Below, one piece after another: positions 63,701 to 64,000 of a stretch of 64,000 nt of DNA. Under the pieces are notes generated by a model that worked only from the letters and a program-made list of their open reading frames with translations, ran no database searches and was not told the DNA's origin. The stretch's first letter is position 1, and every line of letters starts with the position of its first letter. Source of the stretch: Malacoraja senta (taxonomy: Eukaryota); assembly GCA_038087875.1 (NCBI GenBank), contig CM075990.1, positions 16,122,001 to 16,186,000 on the forward strand, written 5' to 3'. The translations under genes were made by a program, and so were the position numbers.

Positions 63701-63810
63701 ATAACATACACAAAGTTTCTTTAAAATATGTTACAGATTAGAGCAGCAAAATTAAAGGTAATGATTTTCACTTAAACAAATTCTCTTCCAAAACTGCCAT
63801 GTAGCATCAC

Positions 63811-63930
63811 CTTTTCTACGAGATCTTCGTACATCTGGATGGCATTCTCCATTGTGACTGGTTTACCAAATTTCCCAGGGAATGGGCCGGAGCTACCAGT
63901 TCCCAGGATGAGGTGTGAAAAATGTACGAC
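63811..63930 (-). CDS. AIFM2: AIFM2/FSP1 (ferroptosis suppressor protein 1) internal exon; upstream exons lie beyond the window end
   Basis: AG/GT flanked, 120 nt; [40 protein letters not shown] matches AIFM2 FSHLILATGSTGPFPGKF. Confidence 0.95.
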
Positions 63931-64000
63931 CTACAATACAGGAGAGACAATTAGCCTCACGGCCTCCCACGTGGTTTCCATGCTGTATCTTTCAATCAAA

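Overview
Repeat-rich vertebrate genomic DNA, most likely from a cartilaginous fish (skate or ray). That assignment is inferred from abundant HE1/V-SINE-type tRNA SINEs, CR1 and Rex1/Babar LINE fragments and Penelope-like remnants. Two spliced protein-coding genes converge tail to tail. (1) An ELOVL6-like fatty-acid elongase on the + strand has three coding exons (30886-31017, 42191-42342, 43796-44208). Its first coding exon was not found and probably lies upstream, so most of 1-30885 would be intron. (2) AIFM2/FSP1 on the - strand has its last six coding exons here (63930 down to 58569). Nearly all other ORFs are transposon fragments or low-complexity artefacts. The strongest hidden signals are RNA structures. 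One is a 148-bp TSD-flanked retroposon (36172-36319, -) whose first 54 nt fit a minimal CPEB3/HDV-like self-cleaving ribozyme starting exactly at the element's 5' boundary. The other is a set of about a dozen or more minimal hammerhead-ribozyme cores in Penelope-like repeats. Also noted: templated insertions (including a partial copy of an elongase exon), a perfect 49-bp-arm hairpin, a 3-codon deletion in the elongase, and an AIFM2 splice acceptor built partly from LINE sequence. Everything was read by eye, and no ribozyme activity is demonstrated.
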